The notes below the pieces were generated by a model that was not told the origin of the DNA, did no database searches, and saw only the letters and a program-made list of their open reading frames with translations. The position numbers were made by a program, and so were the translations under genes. DNA of 64,000 nt, from the NCBI GenBank assembly GCA_001931535.1, contig CP016211.1, positions 4,567,573 through 4,631,572 on the forward strand, written 5' to 3'. Every line of letters begins with the position of its first letter. Positions within the stretch are counted from its first letter, which is position 1. Origin of the DNA: Minicystis rosea (GTDB lineage: Bacteria > Myxococcota_A > Polyangia > Polyangiales > Polyangiaceae). Below, in pieces: positions 48,541 to 58,965 of the stretch.

Positions 48541-51129
48541 TCAGAGCTCCCCTCGGAGGCCGAAGCTGGGCAGGATGGGCAAGCCGCCCACCGTGGTGGA
48601 CTGGGTGTAGTTGTAGTTGTAGGAGACGCCCTCGGGGCTCTGGCGGTTGTAGATGTTCTGGATATCCAGATACGCAGTCAGCTTCCACCACTTGAACGTC
48701 CACGTCTTGTCGAGCCGGACATCGAGCTGATGGAAGAGCCCGAGTCGGGCGCCATTGGCGGGATACGCGGGCGCGGCCTGGACGACGCCGGCCGTCGCGT
48801 CGTACGCACCCTCGCCGTTCGGCGTGTAGGGGTTTCCCGAGACGAGGCGGAAGCGCGCGCCGAGGCGCCATCCGCCGCCGAAGTTGTAGCTACCGAGGAC
48901 GGTGAGCACGTGCGTTTGATCGTATTGAAAGGGCGAAAAAGGATCGGACGGGACAGCGCTCCTCTCGCTCCGCGAGAGCGTGTACGACAGCCACCCGAAG
49001 AAGCGATCATCGGCCTTGTACCGGAGGAACCATTCACCGCCGTAAGCGAGCCCGCGCCCCGTGTTCCCCGCACCCTGGGTGACCAGGCGATCCAGGTATT
49101 TGTAGAAGACGTCCACCGAGAGGTCGACCTGCCGGTGGAGCTCCTGCTCCACACCGAAATCGGCCTGGAGCGCGCGGTTCGACGAGAGCCCTTTCTGGCC
49201 AAAGGTAGGATCGGTCTCCAGCAGTTGCGGCGGCTGGTAGAAAAGACCGACTCCCCCCTTGAGCGTCGTGCGAGGGAAGCCGCGGGTGAGATCCTGGCGC
49301 ATGTTGATGCGGGGAGACACATCCCAGGTTTGGGTCGCGCTGGAGTAATCCAGCCGGACCCCCGGCACGATGCGCGCGCCCGACCAAGGCACGAGCTCCC
49401 ACTCCATGTACGCGCCGGGCTGGAAGCGAGCACCGGAGTCGCTGCTATCGATCGGCATGTCCAGCGGCCCGCCCGAGGGGACGCCCGGCCGGCGGGGCGC
49501 TGGGAGGCGGACGTGGAGCGTGTAAGGGCTGTAGTTGACGTCGAGCCCGACATTGACAGTGACCCCGCGGACCACCTTCTGCGTGAGCTCGGCGCGCCCG
49601 CTGATGGGGATGCTGCTGGTGTTGAAGAAGTTGCTGCCGAACCCGACGTCGTTGGAGTCCTGCCCGACGGCGGCCATGACCTTGATTTGGGTGCTGTCCG
49701 TGATCTTGTTCTGATACCGGGCCTGGACGCGCCAAAAGCTCGTATGCGAGCTGAACCCTCCAGCGAAGGTGGGATTCGACGCGCTGGGAGTCTGGTTGAC
49801 GAGCGCCATGGCGTCGTCGGATCCGAAGAAGAGCACGCGAAACGAAGAGCGCTGGTTGAAGTCGTGCTGGAGCATCAACTGGTAGTCGTAATAGACAGGC
49901 ACCGTCGACACGCTCGCTCCGGTGCTCTTGAGGACCGGGCCGAGCCAGAGGTCGAACCAAGACCGGCGGCCCGCGGCCAGGAAGTTCCAACCGGTCTTGG
50001 CAATGGGCCCCTCGACGAGGAGCCGAGCGTCGATGAGGTCGAGCTGCGCCATGCCGTGCAGCCCGTCCTTCTTGGGATCGCGGATGCCCACGTCGGCCAT
50101 GCCGCCCATGCCCCGCCCGTACAGGGTGCTGTAGTTGCCTGGGTAGAAGTCGATCTTGTCGAGCAGCTCGGTGGGCACCACGGAGCTCAGGCCACCGAAG
50201 TGGTAGACGAGTGGCACCAGCGTCCCGTCGACGAAGATGCTGGTGTCCTCCGGCGCCGACCCACGGACGATGAGCTGGCCGCTGAACGGAGGCGGCCGCG
50301 CCACGCCCGGCAGCGACTGGATCGACCGCAGCGCGTCCCCGTTCGTCCCGGGGATGAGGGCGATCTCTTCCTTCTCCAGCGTCCGCTTCGTCACCTCGCG
50401 CGGCGGGCGCTCACCGCGCACCTGGATCTCGAGCGCCGGCGGCGCGCCCGCGTCGGGCGCCGGCGCGCTGGGCTTCTGCGGCGCGAGCCGCAACACGACG
50501 CGGGTCTCCTCCCCGGGGGTCAGCTCCGCGTCCGCCGTCTCCGGTGCGTGATCGGCCAGCGTCACGGTGACGTGCACCGGGCCGCGGGGCGCGTCGGCGA
50601 TGCTCCACGAGCCATCGGCGGCGGTCTCGGTGGTCCGCTCGGTGCCGTCGGCCGCGCGCGCCGTGACGAGGACGCCTCGCAACGGGGCGTCGCTCGAAAG
50701 GAGCGCGACGCGCCCGACGAGCCGCGCCGGCGGCGGGGGGAAGACGTAGCGAAACTTGAAGCGGGCCGCGACGGGCGACCCGTCCCGCAGCGCCGGCTCG
50801 AAGGTGAGCTTCTCGGCGGCGGCGACGGCCACCTCGTCGAACCCGTGGCCCTGGGCCGCCTCGACGGTCGCCTTGCGCACGGCGCCGGAGGCGTCGACTT
50901 CGAGGACCAGGGTGACCGTCACGGTCTCGAAGAACCGCTCTTGAAGCGCCTTGTCCGGATACCGCACCCCAGGGTCGGACCGGAGCCGAGGCGGGACGAT
51001 GGATCCCTGCGGCGTTGCGATCGATGGAGGCGTCGCCGCGGTTTGCGCGGTCGCGCGCCCCGACCCCAGCAGGGCAACGAGCAGCGCGGCCGGCGGGCCC
51101 ACGCGGCGGGGATGGATCGGGGACGTGCT
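48541..51129 (-). CDS. Oar-like TonB-dependent receptor with N-terminal TonB_C-like and carboxypeptidase-regulatory-like domains (TTG start proposed)
   Basis: 'YPDKALQERFFETVTVTLVLEVDASGAVRKATV…FKFRYVF' (TonB_C-like), 'GRVALLSSDAPLRGVLVTARAADGTERTTETAADGSWSI' (CarbopepD_reg), then plug and 22-strand barrel regions. Signal 'VGPPAALLVALLGSGRATAQTA'. Confidence 0.7.
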   Translation of the reverse strand, partial: STSPIHPRRVGPPAALLVALLGSGRATAQTAATPPSIATPQGSIVPPRLRSDPGVRYPDKALQERFFETVTVTLVLEVDASGAVRKATVEAAQGHGFDEVAVAAAEKLTFEPALRDGSPVAARFKFRYVFPPPPARLVGRVALLSSDAPLRGVLVTARAADGTERTTETAADGSWSIADAPRGPVHVTVTLADHAPETADAELTPGEETRVVLRLAPQKPSAPAPDAGAPPALEIQVRGERPPREVTKRTLEKEEIALIPGTNGDALRSIQSLPGVARPPPFSGQLIVRGSAPEDTSIFVDGTLVPLVYHFGGLSSVVPTELLDKIDFYPGNYSTLYGRGMGGMADVGIRDPKKDGLHGMAQLDLIDARLLVEGPIAKTGWNFLAAGRRSWFDLWLGPVLKSTGASVSTVPVYYDYQLMLQHDFNQRSSFRVLFFGSDDAMALVNQTPSASNPTFAGGFSSHTSFWRVQARYQNKITDSTQIKVMAAVGQDSNDVGFGSNFFNTSSIPISGRAELTQKVVRGVTVNVGLDVNYSPYTLHVRLPAPRRPGVPSGGPLDMPIDSSDSGARFQPGAYMEWELVPWSGARIVPGVRLDYSSATQTWDVSPRINMRQDLTRGFPRTTLKGGVGLFYQPPQLLETDPTFGQKGLSSNRALQADFGVEQELHRQVDLSVDVFYKYLDRLVTQGAGNTGRGLAYGGEWFLRYKADDRFFGWLSYTLSRSERSAVPSDPFSPFQYDQTHVLTVLGSYNFGGGWRLGARFRLVSGNPYTPNGEGAYDATAGVVQAAPAYPANGARLGLFHQLDVRLDKTWTFKWWKLTAYLDIQNIYNRQSPEGVSYNYNYTQSTTVGGLPILPSFGLRGEL

Positions 51130-52073
51130 CAAGTCATCGCTCCAGCAAGGCTCGAGAGGCGCGGCGCAACCGTCCGCTGCGCGGAGGTCATCGACGACGT
51201 GAAGGTGCGCGCGTGATGCCCTCGGTGCGACGCAAAGCCGACGAGCAGTGGTTTCCTGCCGACGAGCCGTAGCGGCGCGGTCCCCAATCGTTCGCGCCGC
51301 CGCTCTGCCGAGCGACGACGACGTCTTCCCAGCACAAGGTCGCGCATCCCGTGTGCGCGGCTCCAACGACGAGAGGCATGCGCCGGCGTCACGCCGGGCA
51401 CGTGCGCTCGGCCCGTCATCGAGCAACTCGAGGAGGGCTCCGTTCGCCAGCGTAAGACGAAGCGCCCATCTCGACGGTGGAGCAGATCCTCGGTCGCACG
51501 GCGCTCACCCGGCGCGAGTGGACGCACGAGTATGCGAGCGCCTTCGCCTCAATCGGCGTTCGTGATTCTCGAACGCCGATTGAGCGGCCTGCGAAGCAGG
51601 CCCGGAGGGGTGAGGACCCCGGAAAACCACGTTTTCTGGGGCGGGGAGGCGCATGCCTCCCCGGGATGGGGAAGGCTCAATCATCGAGCGTGATCGAAGA
51701 TCATGCTCGGTGATTGAGCGAAGAGGCATCACCATGTTCCTCCACGGCAGGCCGGCCGGCCGCGGCACGAGTCGACTGACAACGATCCGTTCGTGGTCCG
51801 GACGACCCCTCTCGTCGGGAAATGGTGACGGTTCGTCGGATCCGGTTCGCGGAATCACAGGAGGGATCGGATGGTGGTTCGCCACCGCGGCATCGCTCCG
51901 CTCGAAGTGGTCCGCCATGCTCGCCCTCCTCACGAACACCACCCGCACGAAAGCCTGCGCCCAGCGCTCGCGGGGGCGGCACCGTGTGGAAGGCGACGTC
52001 TTCTTGGGGGCTTCCGCACCGTCGACTGCGCTTGGGCTACGCTCGATCCGAGCCGCACGGAGGCTCACGCATC

Positions 52074-53228
52074 ATGAGTTCACCTCCCCTTTCCCCGCAC
52101 GTGAGCGGCAGGAGGCGTTGGGCCGTCGGCATCGCGGTCATCTACCTCCTGGGGCTCGTCCAGCTGCTCCCCTCCGCGCTCGAAGGGAACACTCGCTGGC
52201 TCGCCGCCCGCACCGCGGGCTGGAGCCTGGCCATGCCGGTGTTCATGCTCCCGCTCATCGCGACCTTCAACTGGGCCGCGCGCCGTCGCCTGGGCTCGGT
52301 GCTGACGCTCGCCACGTCCCTGGCCGTCGCCGCCGGCGTCGCTCTCGGCGTCAGCCTCGGCATCTACTCCGTGCAACTGAGGTTTCCGCACCTCTTGCCG
52401 CGTCCGTCGCAACTGCCCACCTACGGGAGGGTCGCCGGGATCGGGCTGGTGCTCGGCATCATGCTCTGTGCCGTGTGGGCGCTCGCGTTCGTCTTTCCCT
52501 TCGCCGCGGATGACGCGCGGCTACGTGCGGTCGAGGCCGAGAAGCTCAAGCTCGAAGCCGAGAAGCTCAAGCTCGAAGCGGAGAAGCTCCGCAGCGCCGC
52601 CGAGCTTTCGCGGTTGCGCTCGCAGCTCGAGCCGCACTTCATGCTCAACACGCTCAACGCGATCGCCGGCCTGGTGACCCAAGATCCGCGCGAAGCCCGC
52701 CGCCTCATCGGCTGCCTCGGAGATCTACTCCGCGACGCGCTCCACGACGCGGACGAGATGCTGACGCTCGGCGAGGAGATCGCCTGGCTGCGTCGCTACG
52801 CCGAGATCCTCGAGTCGCGTCACGCCGGGTCGCTCAGCTTTCACTGGGAGATCGAGGGGAGCGCCGCCGCCGTCCTCCTGCCCCGGCTGCTCCTCCAACC
52901 CCTGGTCGAAAACGCCGTGAAGCACGGCGCCCTGCGCCGAAACGGCAGCGGACAGGTGCTCATCCGGGCGACGGTCACCCAACCGCGCGATGGGTCCGCG
53001 CGCCTCGTGTGCACCGTCGAGGACAATGGTCCGGGCATTCCGGCGAGCTCGCCCCGCCCGGGCGCCATCGGCCTGCGCGCCGTGCGCCGGCGCATCGAGC
53101 TCAAGTACGCGGACGGGGATTTTCGGCTCGATTCGTCGCCCGAAGGGACGCGGGCCATCGTCGATCTCCCGTACGTCACGGCATCGACCCCGACCTCCAG
53201 CGTCCGAGCCCCCGAGGTGACCGAATGA
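52074..53228 (+). CDS. LytS/YehU-type sensor histidine kinase (5-6 TM helices, His_kinase and HATPase_c domains)
   Basis: 'LRSQLEPHFMLNTLNAIAGL' His_kinase motif and 'VEDNGPGIP…GIGLRAVRRRIEL'. Contains an (EAEKLKL)x3 repeat. Confidence 0.8.
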   Translation: MSSPPLSPHVSGRRRWAVGIAVIYLLGLVQLLPSALEGNTRWLAARTAGWSLAMPVFMLPLIATFNWAARRRLGSVLTLATSLAVAAGVALGVSLGIYSVQLRFPHLLPRPSQLPTYGRVAGIGLVLGIMLCAVWALAFVFPFAADDARLRAVEAEKLKLEAEKLKLEAEKLRSAAELSRLRSQLEPHFMLNTLNAIAGLVTQDPREARRLIGCLGDLLRDALHDADEMLTLGEEIAWLRRYAEILESRHAGSLSFHWEIEGSAAAVLLPRLLLQPLVENAVKHGALRRNGSGQVLIRATVTQPRDGSARLVCTVEDNGPGIPASSPRPGAIGLRAVRRRIELKYADGDFRLDSSPEGTRAIVDLPYVTASTPTSSVRAPEVTE

Positions 53229-54010
53229 CGGTGAGCCTGCATCCGCTCCGTGCCCTGGTCGTCGAGGACGAGTGGCCCGCCCGCAACTATCTGGTCGAGC
53301 TGCTCGAAGCGTCCCACCTCGCCGAGGTCGTCGGCGCGGTCCCCAGCATCGACGAGGCGCGGCAGGCGTTGCAGCTCGCTCGTGACGGGCTCGGGATCGA
53401 CGTCGCCTTCGTCGACGTGGCGCTCGGCGGGAGCAGCCCGGAGACCGGGCTCGACCTGGTGCGGGACTCGGCGGCGAGCGCGCGGCGTCCCATGTTCGTG
53501 CTCGCGACGGCGTTCAAGGAGCACGCGCTCGAGGCCTTCGATCTGGGCATCGACGACTACCTATTGAAGCCGTTCACCGAAGAGCGGGTCGAGCAGTGCC
53601 TGCGCCGCCTGCACGCCCGTCGCCGCAGCTCACCTGCCGCAGGCCCGCTCCGCATCGTCGCCCGTCGGGGCAAGAGCCTCGTGTTCCTGGAGACGACCGA
53701 GGTGTGGGCCTTCGAGGCGGCCGACCGCCTCACCTCGGTCCACACCCCCCACGGCACCTTCGACCTCGATCTGTCGCTGTCTGCCATCGAGGCGTCGTTC
53801 GGCCGCGCGCTCACCCGGGTCCACCGGAACTGGCTGGTGAACGCGGCTCACATCAAGGAGCTCGAGCGCGAAGGGGCCGAGACGACGGTCTTCGTCGGTG
53901 CCGGCATCGGCCCCGAGCAGCCAGGCGTCCGGGTGCCCGTCGCCCGTGAGCGCGCTCAGTCCCTCCGCGAGATGCTCCTCGCGAACGCCACCGGGCTGCG
54001 CCGCGGCTGA
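53225..54010 (+). CDS. LytR/AlgR-family response regulator (REC + LytTR DNA-binding domain)
   Basis: 'RALVVEDEWPARNYL' receiver and 'LVFLETTEVWAFEAADRLTSVHTPHGTFDLDLSLSAIEASF' LytTR. ATGA overlap with the kinase. Confidence 0.85.
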   Translation: MTVSLHPLRALVVEDEWPARNYLVELLEASHLAEVVGAVPSIDEARQALQLARDGLGIDVAFVDVALGGSSPETGLDLVRDSAASARRPMFVLATAFKEHALEAFDLGIDDYLLKPFTEERVEQCLRRLHARRRSSPAAGPLRIVARRGKSLVFLETTEVWAFEAADRLTSVHTPHGTFDLDLSLSAIEASFGRALTRVHRNWLVNAAHIKELEREGAETTVFVGAGIGPEQPGVRVPVARERAQSLREMLLANATGLRRG

Positions 54011-54775
54011 GATACATCTACGTAGCAGAAATCGTCATGGCACCTGCCGCAGGGGCAACTTGCGGCATGAGAGGGCGACGGTTCTTCGCGACGCTATAGA
54101 CGGCGCTCAGCAGCTTCCGCACTACGGCAGCGAGCGTCTCGAATGTGACGCCGGCGAAGACGCATCGTGGATACGGGGACGCCCGGTATCGAGCGGGCAT
54201 CCAACTCTGCGCGGGTACCCGATATCGAGCGGGTATCCGCTACCCGGTACCGAGCGGGTACCCGATACCCGGCCGCCGCAGACCCGAGTGAGCATGCCCC
54301 AGTTGGCGCCATTCAAAGATCGCTCGCGCCGGTAACCGGCAGGCCACGCGGCACCGTGAGCCGCCGGCTGAGTGCGCGGCTGCTCCTCGGGGCGAGCCCC
54401 GAGGGGGCGGATTGTTCATCACTCCCCTCGGATGGGAGGTACGAACTGAAGCGCGGAACGAACTGCGGCAGGCGCTCGGGCCACAACAACTACCGCCGCA
54501 ATCTCCTCGCCGCGTGCAGCTGCCGAGGTTACGGCTTCTGCCCGAGCTGCCTGGACGCCGCATGGCGACCACCGCCGTACCCGTCCGTCGCGCGCGCGCT
54601 CGGCGGGTTTGGCCGGTACCCGATCTCCGACGGTGCTGCCGCGCCGCGACGACGCGCGGATCTACGTGGACCAGTCCCACGCGCTCTAGCCGCTGCACAT
54701 GCGTCCGCGGCCTCGGGAGGAGGCACCCAAGACCTTCCCCACCGGCGTGTAGCGGCACGCTCTGCGAAGCCTCCG

Positions 54776-55948
54776 TCACGCCGCGAGGACGACCTTCTCG
54801 CAACCGTCGAGCTTGTTGACGAACAGGTCGTATCCGCGGGGCGCGTCCTCGAGCTTCATGCGATGGGTGATGACGAAGCTCGGATCGATCTCGCCCTTCT
54901 GGATGCGCTCGAGCAGCGGGCGCATGTAACGCTGCACGTGGCACTGGCCGCTCTTGATGGTGAGCGAGCGGTTCATCACGGCGCCCATGGGGAACTTGTC
55001 GATGAAACCGCCGTACACGCCGATGACGCTGACGATGCCGCCGTTGCGGCACGCCTGGATCGCCTCGCGCAGCGCGATCGGGCGATCGGTCTCGAGCCGC
55101 ATGGCCTGCTTGGCGCGGTCGTAGGCGAACATCGGCCCGTGTCCGTGCGCCTCCATGCCCACGGCGTCGATGCACGCGTCGGGGCCGCGCCCGGCGGTCA
55201 TCTCGGCGAGCGCCTCGAGCACGTCCACCTCCTCGTAGTTGATCGTCGCCGACGCGCCTGCCTTGTCCCGCGCCATCTGGAGCCTATACGGGAAGCGATC
55301 GATGGCGATCACGCGCTCGGCGCCGAGCAGGCGCGCGCTGGCGACGGCGAGCAGACCGACCGGGCCCGCGCCCCACACGGCCACGACGTCGCCGGGCTCG
55401 ATCTCGGCCATCTCCGCGCCCATGTAGGCCGTCGGGAAGATGTCGGAGAGGAAGAGCACCTGTTCGTCAGTGAGCTCGGCCGGGACCTTGATCGGCCCGA
55501 CGTCGGCGAACGGCACGCGCGCGTACTCGGCCTGGCCGCCCGCATAACCGCCCAGCAGGTGCGAATAGCCGAAGATGCCCGCCGGCGAGTGGCCCCACAG
55601 CTTCTCGGCCATCCAGGCGTTGGGGTTCGAGTTCTCGCAGACCGAATACAGCTCCTCCTTGCACATCGCGCAGGTGCCGCAGGCGATGGGGAAGGGGACG
55701 ACCACGCGATCGCCGACCTTCAGGTTCTTCACCCCGGGCCCGACCTCGACGACCTCGCCCATGAACTCGTGGCCGAGGATGTCGCCCTTCTCCATGGTGG
55801 GGATGAAGCCGTTGAAGAGGTGCAGATCCGAGCCGCAGATGGCCGTCGACGTGATCTTGATGATGGCGTCGTGCGAATTCAGGATCTGCGGATCCGGCAC
55901 GTCCTCGACCCGAACCTTCCTCTTGTCGATCCAGCTGTTGGCTTTCAT
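54776..55948 (-). CDS. Zn-dependent alcohol dehydrogenase, glutathione-independent formaldehyde dehydrogenase-like
   Basis: 'CGSDLH', '[12 protein letters not shown]', structural-zinc Cys cluster '[15 protein letters not shown]', 'VWGAGPVG' Rossmann motif. Confidence 0.85.
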   Translation of the reverse strand: MKANSWIDKRKVRVEDVPDPQILNSHDAIIKITSTAICGSDLHLFNGFIPTMEKGDILGHEFMGEVVEVGPGVKNLKVGDRVVVPFPIACGTCAMCKEELYSVCENSNPNAWMAEKLWGHSPAGIFGYSHLLGGYAGGQAEYARVPFADVGPIKVPAELTDEQVLFLSDIFPTAYMGAEMAEIEPGDVVAVWGAGPVGLLAVASARLLGAERVIAIDRFPYRLQMARDKAGASATINYEEVDVLEALAEMTAGRGPDACIDAVGMEAHGHGPMFAYDRAKQAMRLETDRPIALREAIQACRNGGIVSVIGVYGGFIDKFPMGAVMNRSLTIKSGQCHVQRYMRPLLERIQKGEIDPSFVITHRMKLEDAPRGYDLFVNKLDGCEKVVLAA

Positions 55949-57051
55949 TGGGAACCTCCTCCGGCGCTCGCCGGCCAGGTGGGCTGCACCATCCGCGTTT
56001 GACCGAGCGCGGCCTCACGGCGCGGCGGGCGCATCGGCGCGGCCGGAGGCTGTGCCGGGTGCGGGCCGCGGCGCACGCTCGCGTCCGACCGGGCGACTTC
56101 GCCGGTCTCCATCACTTGCTTGAAGCGGTGCAGATCGGAGGCCACCTGATTCGCGGCCATCTTGCCGAAGAGCTTGGCGAGGGTCGCGGCGATGACGCCG
56201 CCGCGCCGCGCGGGCAACATCTCCACGCGCACCTCCGTGCCGCGCTCCCCCGGCGCGCGCGTGAAGTACACGGAGCCCGAGCCGAGCGGGCCCGCGTCCC
56301 GGAGCGTGCGCCACGCGATCCGCTCGCCGGGGCGATCCTCGGTGATCTCGACGCTCCACTCCATCCTCCTTCCGGCCGGCCCGCTCACACTCCAGCGGGA
56401 CCGCCGGTCGTCGAGCACCTTCACGGACGCGAGGCGGGCCATGAAGCTCGGCAGATTGCGGAAGTCGCGCCAGAAGCGATAGACGTCCTCGGGAGAGCGA
56501 TTGACGGTGATGGCCTTCACCACCTCCCGCCGGCGCTCCCTCCGCGCGCGCGGGGTCGCCGCCGCGGCGCCGCCGATGAGCCGCCGGCCGGCGAGCGCGT
56601 CCAGGATCGTCACGCCCACGAGCGAGGCCGTCGCCACGGCGATGCGGCCCCGCTTGGCGCGCTTCGCGCTGAAGGCCGAGCCCATGAGCCCGAGATCGGT
56701 GAGGTCGCCGCCGACGCGCGCCCAGAGCCAACCACCGTGTTGGGGTTGCGTGAGGATGCCAATCCCGGCCGCGATTTCGCGCACGCCGACGGCGCGCGTC
56801 ACGCTGCGACTGCCGCGATCATCGCGGACGCCGATCACGCGGACGAGGGCGCGCGGCGCCGTGAGCTGCACGATCCCGAGGCCCAGGCTGAACCAGCCGA
56901 GGCCGCGCGCGAGCCGCTTGTTGCGATCCGGCACGCTCGGCGGGACCTGGCCGCCCACGCGACGGCCGAGCGCCTCTCCGCCGGCGGCTCGCCTCCGCAG
57001 TTCGCCGTCCTTCCCGGCGTCCGGCCACGTTTGCTGCGTTGACGTGCTCAT
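55945..57051 (-). CDS. Membrane-anchored SRPBCC (polyketide cyclase/dehydrase-like) domain protein
   Basis: N-terminal TM region, then '[26 protein letters not shown]…[35 protein letters not shown]'. Confidence 0.6.
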   Translation of the reverse strand: MSTSTQQTWPDAGKDGELRRRAAGGEALGRRVGGQVPPSVPDRNKRLARGLGWFSLGLGIVQLTAPRALVRVIGVRDDRGSRSVTRAVGVREIAAGIGILTQPQHGGWLWARVGGDLTDLGLMGSAFSAKRAKRGRIAVATASLVGVTILDALAGRRLIGGAAAATPRARRERRREVVKAITVNRSPEDVYRFWRDFRNLPSFMARLASVKVLDDRRSRWSVSGPAGRRMEWSVEITEDRPGERIAWRTLRDAGPLGSGSVYFTRAPGERGTEVRVEMLPARRGGVIAATLAKLFGKMAANQVASDLHRFKQVMETGEVARSDASVRRGPHPAQPPAAPMRPPRREAALGQTRMVQPTWPASAGGGSQ

Positions 57052-57216
57052 CTCTCTCCTCCTTTGCCGTGGATGGTCTCTCCGTGCGAAAGGCCGTGAG
57101 GAGATTCATGCGCCATGCCACGAAGACGAGCACGCCAACGGGTGTGTCCCCGCAGTGTCTTGTCGCTTCCGGCCCGGAGTCACATGCTCGACCCTCGAGA
57201 GGGGAAAGACGTCATG

Positions 57217-57753
57217 AGCCACCTCAACCCGCCCGTGGGCCCGAACGATCACGTCCGCGGGAGCCCGGACGCGCTCGTCATGCTGGTCGAATATGGTGAT
57301 TTCGAGTGCCCATACTGCGGCCGCGCGCACCTCGCCCTTCTGGATGTGGAGAGACGGATGGGGCGCGACCTGCGCTTCGTCTTCCGCCACTTCCCGCTCG
57401 CCGAGCTGCACCCGCACGCGGTCGCGGCGGCCGAAGCCGCCGAGGCCGCCGGCGCGCAGCGGAAGTTCTGGCCGATGCACGACATGCTCTACGAGAACCA
57501 GGACGCGCTCGAGCTGGAGGATCTCATCGGCGATGCGGAGGACCTCAGGCTCGATGCCGCGCGCTTCACGCGCGCTCTCGCGTCCCACACCTACCTCGAC
57601 CGGGTGCAGCGCGACTTCCAGTCCGGCGTGCAGAGCGGCGTCAGAGGCACGCCGACGTTCTTCATCAACGACGTGCGCTACGAGGACAGCTGGGATCCCG
57701 ACACGCTCACCATCGCGTTGAGGGCGGCGGCCACCCGCGCGAAGGCGGCGTAG
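57217..57753 (+). CDS. DsbA-family thioredoxin-fold protein
   Basis: 'EYGDFECPYCGRAH' CxxC active site and 'RGTPTFFIN'. Confidence 0.75.
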   Translation, partial: SHLNPPVGPNDHVRGSPDALVMLVEYGDFECPYCGRAHLALLDVERRMGRDLRFVFRHFPLAELHPHAVAAAEAAEAAGAQRKFWPMHDMLYENQDALELEDLIGDAEDLRLDAARFTRALASHTYLDRVQRDFQSGVQSGVRGTPTFFINDVRYEDSWDPDTLTIALRAAATRAKAA

Positions 57754-58316
57754 TCACGCCGCCTTCGTCGAGCCGAGGATCGCGGCGCGCCGCTGGTCGA
57801 GGACGCGCAGCAGATCGTCGGCCGAGGCCGCGAACCTGGCCAGCCCGTCCACGAGCAGCTCGCCGGCGACCGCGTCGATGGAGATCCCGCGGCGCGCGAG
57901 GGCGTCGAGGACGCGCCGGGCGCGAGGCCGCTCTCGCTCCGGTACGACACCCCGGAGGCGCGGCGGGGCCACGGCTTCCCCACCGATCCGGACGAGAAGG
58001 AGATCGCGCAGGTGATCGACGACGTGATGGGGACGGGCGATACCCCACGTTGAGCGCGGCCCCGGCGATACGGGCGCCCCGTATCGTTGCTCGTCGTCGC
58101 AGCTCGTCACCACCATCGCCCCGACGAAGGCGGCGGGAGCCGCGAAACCGGAGGACAGGGCCCAACGCCGGCGCGACGGCTTTCGGCGGAGATGCGCACG
58201 TCCCGGAGAGCGTGACGAGATCGCCCCTCACGGTGCGTGACGTTGGGGGCCCCCCGACCCCGCTCGGCCATCACGGCCCAAAGCTCCCTGCAAGAGGTTC
58301 GCAGGGGGTGGGGGTC

Positions 58317-58961
58317 ATGGCATCGAAGGAAGGGGCGCGCGGCGGCGGCGCGAAGGCCTGCGCCGGTATCGGACAAGGGGACCAAGAGACGCCCGCGCGC
58401 GGCGCTCCCACGCCGGCGGGCCACGACGTGCCGAACGTGGCCTTCGCCGCGCTCGGACCGAACGCCACGCGCGTCACGAAGAGCGTCACCATCGGCCGGC
58501 CCCGCGCCGAGCTGTTCGGCATCCTCCGCCGCCCGGGCCTTGCGGCGCGGCTCGTGAAGGACGCCGAGCGCGTGCAGCTGTTGCCGGGGGTGGCCGGGAG
58601 CGCCCACTGGACGGTGCGTGGACGGCTGGGGCTCCGGCTCACGGGGGTGGCCGAAACCATCGCGGAGATCCCCGACCAGCTGATCGCCTGGCGCTCGCCA
58701 CCGGGCGCCTCCGTCCCCAACGCGGGGTCGATCAGCCTCGCGGACGCGCCGGGTGATCGCGGCACCGAGGTGAAGGTGGTCCTGGCGTATCGCCTGCGGG
58801 GCGGCGCCCTCGGTCGCCTGCTGGGCAAGCTTGTCTGGCTCGCGCCCGCGGAGCTCGTGCGCGGCGCGCTGCGCCGACTGCAGCAGCTCGTCGAGGCGGG
58901 CGAGATCGCGACGATCGAAGGTCAACCGTCCGGCCGGCGCTCCCGGCGGTTGGGAGGGTGA
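58317..58961 (+). CDS. SRPBCC-domain protein (paralog of 55945..57051)
   Basis: 'VTKSVTIGRPRAELFGILRRPGLAARL…QLIAWRSPPGASVPNAGSISLADAPGDRGTEVKVVLAY'. Confidence 0.6.
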   Translation: MASKEGARGGGAKACAGIGQGDQETPARGAPTPAGHDVPNVAFAALGPNATRVTKSVTIGRPRAELFGILRRPGLAARLVKDAERVQLLPGVAGSAHWTVRGRLGLRLTGVAETIAEIPDQLIAWRSPPGASVPNAGSISLADAPGDRGTEVKVVLAYRLRGGALGRLLGKLVWLAPAELVRGALRRLQQLVEAGEIATIEGQPSGRRSRRLGG

Positions 58962-58965
58962 AGCG

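Noticed and set aside
48424-51216. 930-aa plus-strand ORF antisense to the Oar-like receptor and lipoprotein
   Set aside because: Shadow ORF. The minus strand encodes recognisable TonB_C, CarbopepD_reg and barrel domains.
54167-56002. 611-aa plus-strand ORF antisense to the Zn-ADH and SRPBCC genes
   Set aside because: Antisense shadow of two well-supported minus-strand genes. Low-complexity Arg/Asp-rich product.
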